Origin: Octopus sinensis
Taxonomy: Eukaryota
Direction: 5' to 3'
NCBI RefSeq assembly: GCF_006345805.1
Contig: NC_043000.1
Location: forward strand, 128,836,001 to 128,900,000
DNA: 64,000 nt
Below are positions 1 to 12,859 of the stretch, one piece after another (positions within the stretch are counted from its first letter, which is position 1; every line of letters begins with the position of its first letter). Under the pieces are notes generated by a model. It was not told the DNA's origin. It was given only the letters and a program-made list of their open reading frames with translations, and did no database searches. The position numbers and the translations under genes are program-made.

Positions 1-659
1 GTTTTACATTCTGAGTTGAAATTAATCCCTTCCGGAGTGGTAAAATACAGAACCAGTCTAGTACTGTATCAATGTATGTACCAAAAGAGTATGTTAGATA
101 TGAGTGGAATTATAATAGTTCACGACTATGAGGTTTTGGGTTCAGTCCCACTAAACAAAACTTCGACAAGTGCTTTTTACCAAAGCCCTGGAACTGTGTC
201 GAAACCCCTTCGGAAGAGCTGTTCCTGTTTTGTCGACTGTTGGTAGACTTAATCTGTTGCCTTGTTATAACACCATTAGCTAGGGTATGAATACCGTTAG
301 CAGAGGTTTTTCTGTTGCAAGTACTCACGGTCAGATCTGAGTATGAAGGTTACTCCAAACGTCCACAATCTTCTGTAAGTATCGAAGGTCCTGAAAAAGT
401 TTATGGCCGACTACATTTCTTCTGAACAAACTATTAAAAAAAAAAAGGTGGAGTGTGGTGCTATGTAAACTGAGTGACTAATCAAGTATACCACGACCCT
501 TGAAACGCGGGATAGCTCATCCGACAGACTTCCAGTCAGTTCCAATTCTGCCCAATTACATTTACATGTCTTGGGTGGTAGAGGTTAGAAAAGAAGAAAC
601 TTGCTCAAGATTTTTTTGTAGCGCGAAGGTTAACAGTAGAGATAAGTGTACTGTTTAGA

Positions 660-845
660 ATAACAAGAGCACTAATTGCCTCTCAAAATACTAAGGCACA
701 AGCCTACAGATTTAGTAACGAGTTGAGTCAGCTTAATCGATTTCAGTGCTTTGCTTGTAACTATCAAATCGATCCCGGAGGGTAAAAATAGCTATGTCAA
801 CTCAGGCTAGATTTGAACTTGTAAGATAGCGGCACATCTAAAAGT
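660..845 (-). mobile_element. Decayed SINE, family B (same family as 39185-39400 and 59240-59470)
   Basis: Degenerate match to the '...aatcgatcccgga...gtcaactc...atttgaact' block seen in better copies in this window. Confidence 0.4.
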
Positions 846-2744
846 GAAAGAATATTTTGCACGGCGTTTTACCTATTCCGCTAACAGCAGTGATGGCGGT
901 AGGGATGGTGGTATTCTTGGTGATGGTGGTATTCTTGGTGATGGTGGTGGAGGATGATTCCTTACTACTACGTCTACACCCATTAACCGGTGATGAAAAT
1001 GGTGGGGAGTACGAAGGGGAACGGCATTCCCTTACTTTTCAGCTCACAGAAGGAGGAGTAACTTAAAGCTTCTTGCTCTATGTTCTATGGCCTCGGCCTC
1101 AGCTTCTTGGGCCTTTCCCATACCCCTAGTCCCTAATGCTGATTTTCATCACTGCCACCAGCAGTATCGCAACAAATGGGAACCTAAGGGCTAATTCCCT
1201 GCGCGGTAACTCGACCTGCTAATAGTTGCAACGAAAATACTCTCAAAATACATGCCCACTGTCTTATAAAAGGAAGGAAAGATTGGTTTATGTAGTCCTA
1301 CATACGCTGTGCCAAAAAAAGAGAAAAAAAAAACGGACACTAGATGGTCATGGCTTGGATACCTTTGGTCAAGGGTTTACTCGACCAGGTCTGACCTGGG
1401 GTTTAAACAGCAGAAGCACCAACGTAATTTTCTTTCTGTGTATAGTGGTGGCAGTGGTGGAGTAGGTGGTACATCACTCAATGAGTGCTGCTCCATCACC
1501 ACCACCACCACCATCATCGCCACCACCTCTTTCTCCGCCACATTCACACACAAATATTCCCCCACCACTCCATCCCACACATAGACAGTTATGAGAGTAC
1601 ACACACACATACACACACACACACGCGCGCACACAACATGAATGAAATTATTAACGACGCAGAGCTAGGCAGAATCACTCGATAAAATCTGGAGCTACAC
1701 CTCCACGTGTTCTAGATACGACACATGCGTTTGCACGCGTTTCTCTCATTCACATGTTTTCCCATTCATGAAATGCTAACACCACCGCCGCCGTCGCCAT
1801 CATCTCACCATCATCACTATCACTATCACTATCATCAACGCCACCGCCGCAAGAGCCGCCTCCCTCATCGACTACTGCTTGCTTACAACTGCTTGCTATG
1901 CTACTGGTGTTGTTGCCACCGCATTACTGACGTTTGATAGTAATGTGGGTAGATACGAAAGGGGTGGTACTCGGTGGTGGTGGTGGTGGTGGTGGTGGTG
2001 GCTACGGTGTTTGTGGTGACTTTGACAGTGGTGGTGCTGATGGTAGTGGCGATAGTACCGGTAATGGTGTGGTGGTGTTTGTGGTTGTGACTGTAGTGTT
2101 TGTAGTAATGGTCGTTGTGGAGTTAATGGTGATGGTGGTAGTGCTGGAGGTTTCGAAGGCGGCGTAAAGTTGTTGTAGTGGCGATGGTAGTAGTAAAAAA
2201 AAAAGGTTGTTGCGGTGGTAGTTGTGGTGGTAGTTGCGGCTGTTGCTGTGTGTGTTGTGGATGTTGCTGATGGTGGTGCTGTTGGTAGTAACGAAGGTTG
2301 TTGTTGCTGTTGTTGTGGTAGTGATAGTAAATGGTCGTGATCTTGGAGTGCGATTTCAGTGCAAATGTCGTCGTTATAATAGTTTACAGTGGTTGTTGTC
2401 ATTCTTAGGGTTGTATTTGTTGTTGTTGTTACCATTGCTGATATTGTTTTGGCAATCGTTGCAGTCATGTTCATGTTGTTATTGCTATCGATATCCATGT
2501 TCATGTAGTAATGTCATTGCTACTATAGTTGTTGTTACGGTTTAACCCAGGGTCAGTTCCGACTGAGCAGGCTTTATGTATGATTTTTAAACATTTCTTT
2601 TGAAGCTATTATTACGTGACTTTGTTCAGAGTGTCGAGTTTGATATGAGGGAGAATTGCTTGTAATTTCTAGCAAGTGGAGCTGCGTAGTGGCTCCCTCA
2701 TAAGCTGCTTACTACCGTTGTTGCTGTTGCACACAATTGTAAGC

Positions 2745-2807
<63 letters not shown>

Positions 2808-2850
2808 GGTGGTGGTGGTGGTGGTGGTGGTGGTGGTGGTGGTGGTAGTG

Positions 2851-2924
<74 letters not shown>
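2745..2924. repeat. Compound trinucleotide microsatellite (AGT)n(GGT)n(AGT)n
   Basis: Seen directly; explains the poly-S/G, poly-V and poly-T ORFs at 2669-3080. Confidence 0.97.
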
Positions 2925-2925
<1 letters not shown>

Positions 2926-3455
2926 ACGGCAGCAACAGTATTAATAGTAATAGTTGTTACTGATATAGTAAAAATAGGCAGATGTAGATGGGAGAAAGAA
3001 AGACAGAAAGAAAGAAAGAAAAGCGGTGATGCTATGATGATGTATTGAGGAAGAGGGGGAGTAACGAGAGAGGGTAACATAACATTGAATATTTTGCTAG
3101 TATGCTGCTACCACTGTTATTGTTGCTGTCGTTGTTGTTGATGTTGATGATGATGGTGGTGGTGGTGGTGGTGGTAATGATGACATAATGTAATATATTT
3201 CGCAATCACATGCTTCCTGTTTCGATCCTATTGTGCAGGAATCTAGGCAAGAATGTTCTAAAGTACACTCGGGTTTAGTAATGCCTTTGAGTTAAGCTCA
3301 ATAGACGGATGTGTGTGTGTGTGTGTGAATGTTTACACACATGTACACACATAAACCACACACACATACACACGCACGCATACACACGCACACATGCATA
3401 CATGTTTTATGCATATATGTATGATTGTGTATCTGTATATGACTCTCTCTCCTTC

Positions 3456-3494
<39 letters not shown>

Positions 3495-4469
3495 TCTACC
3501 ACTGGTATTTGAGTACTCTTTTTTCCACCTTGTTTCACATTTATGTGTTTACTCCGGTATATATAATATATATATATATATATATACATGTATGTGTGTG
3601 TGTGTGTGTGTGTATTATATGTATATATGTCTATCTGTCTGTCTGTCTGTCTGTCTGTATGTATGTATGTATGTATGTATGTATAAAACTTGCCTTGACT
3701 GACAAGAATCGACTTTATTAACTACTAATAAAGGAGCTACCAAAGACCTGTGGTTACACCTCCGTTCACGATAAGCATGTGAAAGATACCAGACGTTCTG
3801 TATGTGTGTGAAATTTAAAGTATTGTAGCGTGAATCAATAATTATTTATATTGCGTGCTCCCATTCTTTCGTTTGTACACGTAAACATTCGTGTGCGAGT
3901 ACACGCACGCAAACACACACACACATGTGTTTATGTATATATGTGAGTGCGCGCGCGACTGTATGTAACTTAATGGGACTCAAATTTTGTGTTACCACTC
4001 GAGTTTTATGTCACTGCGATCTTCAGGCGAGAACTGTTACAACTCGGTTTTCGCTGGTATGTTTATATTCGCTGGTGGGCATGTTTTCATGCTTGTGTTT
4101 GTTCACTTGTTTGGATTTTGTGTTTGCTGATTGGTTGCTATATTCCCGTTTCAAATACTCAATATAACCTCATTATTTTCCTTTCTATTTCTGTATTTTG
4201 TTTTTATCTGAATGGATGACTGTAACCATATACTTTACAACCCTTCAGATACCAGTGAGGTAAAGGCATTTGATATTCCTTTCAAAGTTGGCGCCTACAA
4301 GAAAAATATATACACGAGAAGGTTATTCTAGTGGACCGACATTCTGAGAGGAAAGACTTGGCGTAGTTGTTAATGTGGATCCTGGATACACGTGTTGGAT
4401 ACAATATGGGTGATGAGAAAAGTAGAGACGTGTGAATGTTTGTATGTCTATATATGTAACTGCATCGCG

Positions 4470-5270
4470 GTATGCCGTTATACATCGCTGGTCACAATGC
4501 GCTTCCAATTATTTCTTGAATTCGCCATTTTTTCCCATCTTGTACCAAATCACTTAACCAAATCGCCTTCCCATCGTCTTGGAGGTCTTCCGAGGGGCCT
4601 TTTCTGTTTTCTTGTTTATCATTCGGCAACAACATGGGTCCGCCAGTTGTTTGTGAAACTTACAGCATCTTCGACCCAGAGGAATTTGTTCTTTGAGTCA
4701 CGTCACGTTCTATAGTCACGTCATTCACTCCGCTGCATTCTCGAATTATCTAATTTCGAATAGGTTCTCGTAATGATATTCCTGGATCTTCCTATGACCC
4801 TTTGTGTTGTAGTCAATCAATGTTTTTCTCTCTTCGCAGTAGCTCATGTCTCATGCATATAAGGTAGAACAATGCTATTGAAGAGTCTGCTACTTATCGC
4901 CTTGTCCAGCTTTACTTTGAGCACATCTATTGAGGTAAACGCCTTCTGTCCTGCCCGTTTTCTCTTCGAGATTTCATCATATTTGTCTCGGTACATATTC
5001 ACTGTATGCCCTAAGTAGTCGTACTCCTTTACTTTCTTGACTTCATCGCACCCAACCTCTGTTCGACTTTCTGCTAAGTCTTCGGATCGCATTATTTTGT
5101 TTCCTTGCAATTCATTTTAAGGCCTACAGCTGACTATGTATGTCCAGCATTGTCTGCTTGGTCAGCAGCTGATGTGCGGTTTCGGCAATTCACACAATGT
5201 GATCTGTGAATCGGAGATGTGTTAGTATCGCGCCGTTGATGTTCACGTCACCTGTCCATTTTGATGATCA
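4470..5270 (-). mobile_element. RTE-clade LINE fragment (RT end to C-terminus), decayed
   Basis: Translations HLRFTDHIV (decayed LRFADD), EYDYLGH...EISKRKRAG..AF..LFNSIVLP and KRPLGRPPRRWEGDL; stops and frameshifts present. Confidence 0.85.
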
Positions 5271-5351
5271 ACTGAAATGCTAAGTCAGCTCACATTACAA
5301 CAACACATTTACATGTACAAGGAATAGCCATTAACTTTTTCTTTCAAATTA

Positions 5352-5497
5352 TAGGCTTGGCTGCGTGGTCAGAAGCGTGCTTCTAAACCACATGGTTTCA
5401 GGTTCAGTCCCACTGCATGGCACCTTAGGCAAGTGTCTTCTACTATACCCTCGGGCCGCCCAAAGCCTTGTGAGTGAATTTGATAGTTGGAAAAAAA

Positions 5498-5500
<3 letters not shown>
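5352..5500 (+). mobile_element. SINE family A, 5' head
   Basis: 'catggtttcaggttcagtcccactgcatggcaccttaggcaagtgtcttctactat...' matches the intact head at 54624-54780. Confidence 0.85.
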
Positions 5501-5516
<16 letters not shown>

Positions 5517-5528
<12 letters not shown>

Positions 5529-6106
5529 GTTGTTGGCATCCTTTTTGTCTCGGGAGACAATGGAGTTGCGCATAAAATAATCTTGTCCGGTTTTTACATT
5601 TCATGTCCTAATACATCTCCTACTGTGACTGTGTAGTCCTATCCTGGACAAACACTCCCTCTGGCAGGTGCCGCAAATGTAGCGATGACTTTGCATGGCT
5701 GGTTGTAATGTCATAGTTTCTTGTTGACGTCTTTTCTTGTCTTTCCATTTCTCCTCTCTCTCTTTGTCACTCCTTTGTGTTCCCTCTTTTACGGTGCGTC
5801 GCCAATCTCCACGGTTGCTAGCAACTGCTTCCCATTTGCTAATATTGATGTCGCAGGCCTTCATGTCCCTTTTGCAAACATCCTTGTATCGTATGAACGG
5901 TCTTCCCACAGACCTAGTATCCCTAGCAAGCTCTCCGTAGAGTATGTCCTTGGGGATTCTGCCATCTTCCATACGACTAACATGTCCAAGCCATCTCATA
6001 TGTCTTTGTGTGAGGAGTGCAAACATGCTTGGTATTCCTGCTTGCTTGAGGACATCTTTGTTAAGGACACGATTCTCCCATTTGATGCCAAGAATAAATG
6101 TAAAAG
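5517..6106 (-). mobile_element. RTE/BovB-like LINE 3' fragment with C-terminal zinc finger and (CAA)n tail
   Basis: ORF 5601-6026: RWLGHVSRMEDGRIPKDILYGEL...GRPFIRYKDVCKRD...CGTCQRECLSRIGLHSHSRRC; 3' UTR ends in a (CAA)n tail at ~5517-5537. Confidence 0.93.
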
Positions 6107-6107
6107 A

Positions 6108-6163
<56 letters not shown>

Positions 6164-6415
6164 GTGTGTGTGTGTGTGTGTGCGTGTGTGTGTGTGTGTA
6201 TTGTGTGTTTGTCTCTCTGCACCGCTTGAAACCGGTGTTGGTGTGTTTACATCCCCGTAACTTAGTGGTTCGGCAAAAAATCTCGATAGACTAAGTACCA
6301 GGCTTTAAAATAAAATAACTCCTGGGGTCTATTCATTCCACTCAAACTCTTCAAGACGGAGCCCCAGCATAGCCGTAGTCAAATGACAGAAACAAGCAAA
6401 AGATGAAAAATAAAA
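6107..6415 (+). mobile_element. SINE family A, internal (TG)n plus 3' body
   Basis: 'gcttgaaaccggtgttggtgtgtttacatccccgtaacttag...gtcaaatgacagaaacaagcaaaaga' matches the family A body. Confidence 0.85.
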
Positions 6416-7207
6416 ATGCGTGTATATCTCTGCCTACATTATAAGTTCGAGTAACAATTATGTGATTCTGGATGCGACCCACTATACGCCGTATTATTGA
6501 GTAGATGTCTTTTAAGATATTCTTAATGCCTTATGAGGGGCAAACTATGCAGAAGCCTATTGTGTGCGCGCACACACACATGTAAAGGGCATGCATAAGT
6601 GTATATATGTACATATATGCATATATGTATGTCTGTGTATATATGTGTATGTGTGTGTGCCTGCATCTGTGCGTGTATGTGTACATATGTATTTATGATT
6701 GTGAATGAGTATGTGTATATCTTATGAACAGGATGTAAATATGCGCGAAAAAACATAAAACCTAGTGCTTATCGAACGAGGCCCATTGTGATATTTGTTC
6801 TCCACTGAGTTACACATACTTCCCCCATCACTCCCATCGTCATAAAAACAGTAAACCAGTGATTGGTTTCTTGGAACCTCCAACCAATGACGCTTTTCTT
6901 ACGAATTGTGACACTGAATTAATATAGAAATAAATAAAACAATAAATTTAATTTTACTATTGCAATTTTCGTCTTGTTTTCACACATTTGTCTTTCACAT
7001 TGACTTCCGTTTTTAAATTTTCACTTTGACATCATTATTTTCACATTAATATTGTTTCTGGATCTCCTGCAGTTTTATATTTTCACTTTCGGTTTCACAG
7101 TTTATCAGTTTGACATTTTCTAATTTTTGTTTGACATTTTTACTTAAGTAATACCTCTTCCCCATTCTCCCGCGTCTTTATTATTATTACTATTATTACT
7201 ATTATTA

Positions 7208-7270
<63 letters not shown>

Positions 7271-7492
7271 ACTTTATCTTTATTCATAGATTCACTTTGA
7301 CATTCTCATTTTTGCTTTGACATTTTCGTTTTTACTTTTGACATTCTCACTTATCAGAAACTCCACGTAAAAAGACACATGGCATTTTTCTGAATCCATA
7401 ATTGAAGCTGTTCATCAGAGACGGGTAGAAAAGAAACATAAAGGAGAAAATATCGAGATATAAAATGCACACATGTGCACACTCGTACATAC

Positions 7493-7628
7493 AGAGAGGA
7501 GCCAAGACTGTATTAATCTCACTTTCATTCATGAATTCCCATAAATCATAGCATTCTACATGATCTTTACTGGCTAGAAATTCGGTCATTACATCGTTTC
7601 TTGCCATAATCCGTAGTTTCTCAGATGG
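7493..7628 (-). CDS. Candidate internal coding exon of an unidentified host gene (136 nt, phase 0 to 1)
   Basis: Acceptor 'tctctctgttctgtccaacag', donor 'CT|gtatgt', open frame PSEKLRIMARNDVMTEFLASKDHVECYDLWEFMNESEINTVLAPL in non-repetitive sequence. No protein family recognised. Confidence 0.35.
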
Positions 7629-7899
7629 CTGTTGGACAGAACAGAGAGATCATACATTCTTCTTCATGCCACACAGTGTACAAACTCACGCACACACACA
7701 CACACGTGCACACACACACACGCACACATATAGATACACATTCACATTTATATATAGAAATGCATATACATTATTTACCTGGATATAGATCTTCCAGCTT
7801 TCTGAGAAGCATAGCTTTCGCACGCGTTGTTGCTCTGCACTTGTTCTCTTTGGTCTTATCAACCTAGTTCTTGTACATTTGAACTGTTCTTAGAATGTT

Positions 7900-9300
7900 C
7901 GGTGCTAGGGGTTTGGAGGTTTTGATGTTCACATTATTGGAGCATTTGCACGCTTAGTGACTGGCAGTTATAAAATATGACATTAGATGAAACCAGTGCA
8001 GCACCATGATATTTTGCAGCGGTTAAGATTTGCTTCACATGAGAATTTCTTCATTTGTGATACGTTCTTCCAAATGAATTTGAGGATCTTTCGTTGACAC
8101 AGTTGATAGAATGTGTCCAACGTCTTGGCCACCTTTGTTATTTTTTTCCATATTTCACTGTAATACAAAATAGTTAACAGAATGTTTGCACTATAGTTAG
8201 ACCTTTATTGCGATGATAATGCTTGTTGTCTAGATTTAGTGCATGCACAGGGAAATGTTTCTTGCTTAGAAGTTCAGCTTCTCAGATAATTTTATAAGCT
8301 TTCATCACTACTGATCATACTGTTCATGTATGCAAAACTGTCCACATCTTCGAAAACCAGCCGCCCGATGAAGACTGGAGGGTGGGTTACATTAATCTGC
8401 ATCACTTTGTTCTTTTCCCAACTAATTCTAAGCCCGATTTTCCCTGCTTCTTCTTTGAGTTAATTAATTAGATTTTGCAGTAATCCCTTATTTTTGTTTG
8501 CAGTGCAATAATATCGGCAATATTTTGATCACACAGCCTTTCCGTTACCTTTCACCGTAGACCTGCAGTGCACCGAATGGTTACTTTCTTTATTATAAAA
8601 TAAACTGGTATCAGGAAGAGAAGAAACAAGAGGACACAAATCTGACAGATACCAGTGAGGAGGATAAAGTCGTCAGTGTGGCTTGTATATGTCCTGTCAT
8701 TATAGTTGAAGTCCTCAAAGAAATTCTTGAAGATGCTGAGGTACCTTTCGGGCACACGTAGGTGATCATCTATAGTGATTTTCAATTAATGCCGTCAAAA
8801 TCCACTTTTTTATTTGAAGTCCACGAAATCGTTATCTAATACTCTTACCAGAAGTCTATGCGCTTTGCACGATAGTTTTAGAGTGAAGAATTTTCTCAAC
8901 GCAAATCTTGTTCAACAACACAATACAGAATGTGTTTTCTGGTACAGAAAGAAATGTAATTCCTCGCTCCTTTGTCAGTTGTTGCAGCCTACTGGATTTG
9001 CCGACTTAGGATGCTTTACAATTACTGCTCTTCAATCAGCCTGGATTTGCTGTTGCAGCCAACACCTGTTGAACAGATTTCTAAGTAAGTCTTTGCGTCT
9101 GATCTACTAATGCTTCAAATGTTCAGATGAAATTTGATCGGATGCAGCTGCTTTTTTTTTCTTCTGTGTTCTCGGTGCTTGTATTTCCTCCTCTGTGATC
9201 TCATTAGGTACGTGCAGGGTTTCAGCTTTTGGTAATGAGTTGAAGTCAAAGAGTGCAACTGGATGTGGCTCGTTCAGCGTCTCTTGGACTTACATATAGG
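7900..9300 (-). mobile_element. RTE-clade LINE fragment covering the RT domain, heavily decayed
   Basis: Broken translations KKAAASDQISSE, VPERYLSIFKNFF..F...TGICQ.C, and KTLDTFYQLCQRKILKFIW resemble RTE RT/thumb motifs. Confidence 0.75.
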
Positions 9301-9651
9301 TTTGCAAGAACTCAAGATCGATCGTATTGAGCTATTGGTTTACTGAACAACCTGCACAGATGGTTTGTATATAATAATCAAATGTTAGTGCCGTACATTA
9401 GCTCCCTCTCTCCATCAAATCAACATTGCCTGTACAGGTGCACGGTGTGCCACACATCAGGTGTCAAAATGATTACAGACCAAACTGCTTACGTTACTGG
9501 TCTATATGCAGATTAGTATAGCTTCGTTTCCAAGCATAGAAAAGGATTTTGGTTCCAAGAGTTTTACTTCTCATTCATAGGGGCTGATGGCTCAGGACCA
9601 ACCACGATGGTCTGTGAAGATTTCTGCACAGGTCCCAAGGAGGAGCCCCGC

Positions 9652-9693
<42 letters not shown>

Positions 9694-10255
9694 TATGTGT
9701 GAGTGTGTGCGTGTATGTCTACATATGCATATATGTATGTTTGTATGTATGTATGTTTGTATGCATACATCCTTGCATACATGTATGTAGTTTGTTTGTT
9801 TGTATGCATGCATCCTTGCATGCATGTATGTATTTGTGTGTATGTATGTATGTATGTATGTTGTATGTATGTATGTATGTATGTATGTATGTATGTATGC
9901 ATGTGTGCATATATGTTTATGTGTGTTCCCTATGCATTTGTATAAATACATACACACTTTTCTGCTTTTGACAGGTACTTCCTGGTTTAAATCACTTATA
10001 TCATACTGTATAAGAACTACAATGTTCAGTGTACATCACTTGAAGATTATAGTTACCTTGGCAAAAGGAACTGTAAGAAATCCACCTGACTCATTTGAAA
10101 TTCTAATTGACATACACATATGTAGATAAGTAGGCATACCTGCGTATAATTATGTATATGTGCATATATATATGTTATGTGTGTGTATTTATAATTTATA
10201 TATACGTGTGTGTATATGTGGCATATGCATATATATGCATGTATATATGTATATG

Positions 10256-10305
<50 letters not shown>

Positions 10306-10310
<5 letters not shown>

Positions 10311-10417
10311 GCATCTTGGGCAAGTGTCTTCTGCTATAGCCCCGGGCCGACCAATGCCTTGTGAGTGGATTTGGTAGACGGAAACTGAAAGAAGCCTGTC
10401 GTATATATGTATATATG

Positions 10418-10459
<42 letters not shown>

Positions 10460-10673
10460 GGTTTGTGTGTCTGTGTTTGTCCCCCTAGCATTGCTTGACA
10501 ACCGATGCTGGCGTGTTTACGTCCCCGTCACTTAGCGGTTCGACAAAAGTGACCGATAGAATAAGTACTGGGCTTACAAAGAATATGTCCCGGGGTCGAT
10601 TTGATCGACTAAAGGCGGTGCTGCTCCAGCATGTACGCAGTCAAATGACTGAAACAAGTAAAAGAGAGTAAAA

Positions 10674-10677
<4 letters not shown>
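10306..10677 (+). mobile_element. SINE family A, 5'-truncated head + internal (TA)n(TG)n + body
   Basis: Head from 'gtggcatcttgggcaagtgtc' to 'gaagcctgtcg', microsatellite, body ending 'gactgaaacaagtaaaagagagtaaaaga'. Confidence 0.92.
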
Positions 10678-10722
<45 letters not shown>

Positions 10723-10774
10723 TATATATATATATATAACAAAGTGGAGTTGTAAGGTACCTCACGAGTGGAAT

Positions 10775-11140
10775 TATATACGAAAGGTTTGAAAATGCAA
10801 TTTTAAAAGATGTTTATTTACTTTACCGGTTTCACTCTTTTGAAAAAGATTGTCAAAAGTAACATGTAAAAGTTTGGTTGTGTTAATTATTCGTTGTCAC
10901 AAAATGCTACAATACATATATACAGTCTTTGGTAACAAGAACATGTTAAGGACATAAAAAAGTTCATTAAAATATTGGGCACAAAAGATTACAACATATA
11001 TATACATTCTCAAGGCAATGTTAAAGATAGTTTCCAGAAGGAACAGAATATTATGAGTTCAAAAAAGTTTACATTATAGTAGTAGGCAAGCTCAAACTGA
11101 CCTGGTCCACCATGTTATCGTAAAAGACTATTTACTATTT
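10775..11140 (-). mobile_element. Penelope-like terminal (pLTR-like) fragment; 10775-10870 is an inverted repeat of 11565-11663
   Basis: ~95-bp inverted repeat with few mismatches carrying an HHR-like motif. Assignment of 10870-11140 to the element is inferred. Confidence 0.55.
10818..10862 (-). ncRNA. Minimal type I hammerhead-like motif, U3-A8 core variant
   Basis: Sense: UUACUU-UUGACAA-UCUUU uuca AAAGA gu-GAAA-CCGG-UA-AAGUAA. Helix I 6 bp, palindromic helix III, GUA site; 2 unpaired nt at the base of helix II. Confidence 0.55.
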
Positions 11141-11271
11141 TGTGTGTCTGTGTTTGTCCCCCTAGCATTGCTTGACAACCGATGCTGGTGTGTTTACGTC
11201 CCCGTCACATAGCGGTTCGACAAAAGAGACCGATAGAATAAGTACTGGGCTTATAAAGAATAAGTCCCGGG
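11139..11271 (+). mobile_element. SINE family A body fragment, near-copy of 10462-10594
   Basis: About 5 mismatches in ~132 bp, sharing variants absent from the other copies in the window. Confidence 0.9.
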
Positions 11272-11564
11272 TGGATGGGGGGAGGAAGAGTAATGTGGAG
11301 CTGAAAAGAATTTCTCTTTTTGTCTCCCCTTCACGCATCAATGATTTGGGGGATTGGTCTTTAGAGGTCAGAATGGTGCGAGTGTGTGTGTCTTTGTGTG
11401 TGTGTATATACATATGTGGTGTGAATAGATGTGTCTGTATGTTTGTAAAATTTGGTAGGACGGTGTGTGTATATGTGTGCCCGTTTGTCAACCGTGTGTG
11501 TGATTTTCTTGGTGTTGTGTGTGTGTGTGTGTGTATGTGCGTGATTGGCATTCGTCATGGTGCA

Positions 11565-11663
11565 TTTACATGTTACTTTTGACAATCTTTTTCTAAAGAG
11601 TGAAACCGGTAAAGTAAATAAACATCTTTTAAAATTGCATTTTCAAACCTTCTTTCGTATATA
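11565..11663 (+). mobile_element. Penelope-like terminal fragment (right arm of inverted pair)
   Basis: Reverse complement of 10775-10870; ends next to a TA-rich run. Confidence 0.6.
11573..11617 (+). ncRNA. Minimal type I hammerhead-like motif, U3-A8 core variant
   Basis: UUACUU(11573-78) UUGACAA(79-85) UCUUU uucu AAAGA gu GAAA(11602-05) CCGG UA AAGUAA(11612-17). Confidence 0.55.
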
Positions 11664-12084
11664 TATACATATTATATATATACACACACACAAATATGTA
11701 TGTTTATCTGTGTGTGTATTTGTTTGTGTGAGTGCTTGCGTGTGTATGTATGCATTTTCACACAAATTGTAAACACACATTGATACACGTACTTACTCCT
11801 AGATATGTTTATAGTGTTTGTTTTTATAATTTTCATTTGCTAGCGAGGCTGTGTAAACATTTGCTATGCGATTCTTAAAAATGTGAAATGTTAAGATAAT
11901 CTTAAAACATGTGGCTGCGTAGGACAATTGACTGCAGTCTATTTATCAGAGCGTTTGTAAGTATGTGCGTGCGTATGTATGTATGCATGTATGTATGTAT
12001 GTATGTATGTATGTATGTATGTATGTATGTATGTATGTATGTATGTATGTATGTATGTATGGATACGTGCAGATATGAATTTTT

Positions 12085-12605
12085 TGTTTTATGTGTATAT
12101 TCTCATGCATATAGTTGCATATCTAGACATGCTCACATATACTTAAATGATAAACTTCTGGAAAGTTTTACAGATTTTTACAATTCCAGTGGTGGATTGA
12201 ATCTGTAGTCTACGAATCAGCTTTCTCCTTTCTAGTTTTGAGAAGCCTAATTTCTCAAGATTGGTATTTAGGCAGTGTGTTACATATCCCAGTATCCCAA
12301 TATTTACAGGTATGAACCCGAACTTGTAATCTGGATAGAGTAACTACAGATTTCCCAATAGTTCAGCGTATGTATTTTCTTTTTCACTGATCTTCAGCTT
12401 TATGTTAACATCCGCTGAGCAGCTTATTTCCACAACTGTACACAATTTCTCTTCTTTATCCCAAATCATTATATTAGGTCTCTTGTGTTTACATTTTATT
12501 GAGGTTTTCACCGAGGCATTCCAACAGTACTCCTTTTTATTATGAGTGGCTATGGCTTCCACCAAAATGTGGGTTCTTATTTCTTTCTCTATTGACAAGA
12601 AATCT
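12085..12605 (-). mobile_element. RLE-type (R4/Dong/R2-like) LINE 3' fragment followed by (CATA)n
   Basis: CWNASVKTSIKCKHKRPNIMIWDKEEKLCTVVEISCSADVNIKLKISEKENTY..L: decayed PD-(D/E)xK endonuclease domain. Confidence 0.85.
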
Positions 12606-12827
12606 TGAAATAAACTGAATAATGACATACATGCATACATACACAGTGCGTACGTACGTATGTATGTAAAGAAACACGTATACATGCATACCTGCATATA
12701 TATGTGTTTCTATAAGTGTTTGATTGTGTAAATCATTTCTTTCTTTTTCTCTGTCTCTGACCGTCTCTGTGATTCATTTCATGTATATATGTGTGTATTT
12801 GTGTGTGTGCGTGTCTATAAATATACA

Positions 12828-12859
<32 letters not shown>

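Noticed and set aside
1780-2530. His/Pro/Thr/Val-rich ORFs (e.g. 1896-2504)
   Set aside because: Decayed GGT/GTT/GAT triplet sequence is open in several frames on both strands; no domain or splice support.
4027-4260. Two plus-strand micro-exon-like segments (GENCYNSVFA; 11 nt at ~4250)
   Set aside because: Too short to distinguish from chance splice-like motifs.
6838-6892. Two opposed CCAAT boxes and TGACG half-sites, promoter-like
   Set aside because: Short motifs with no linked transcript start or first exon.
9581-10072. Phase-compatible plus-strand exon pair (GADGSGPTTMVCEDFCTGPKEEPRLC + TSWFKSLIS...)
   Set aside because: First donor is just the start of a (TG)n tract, equally plausible readings exist on the minus strand, and no family is recognised.
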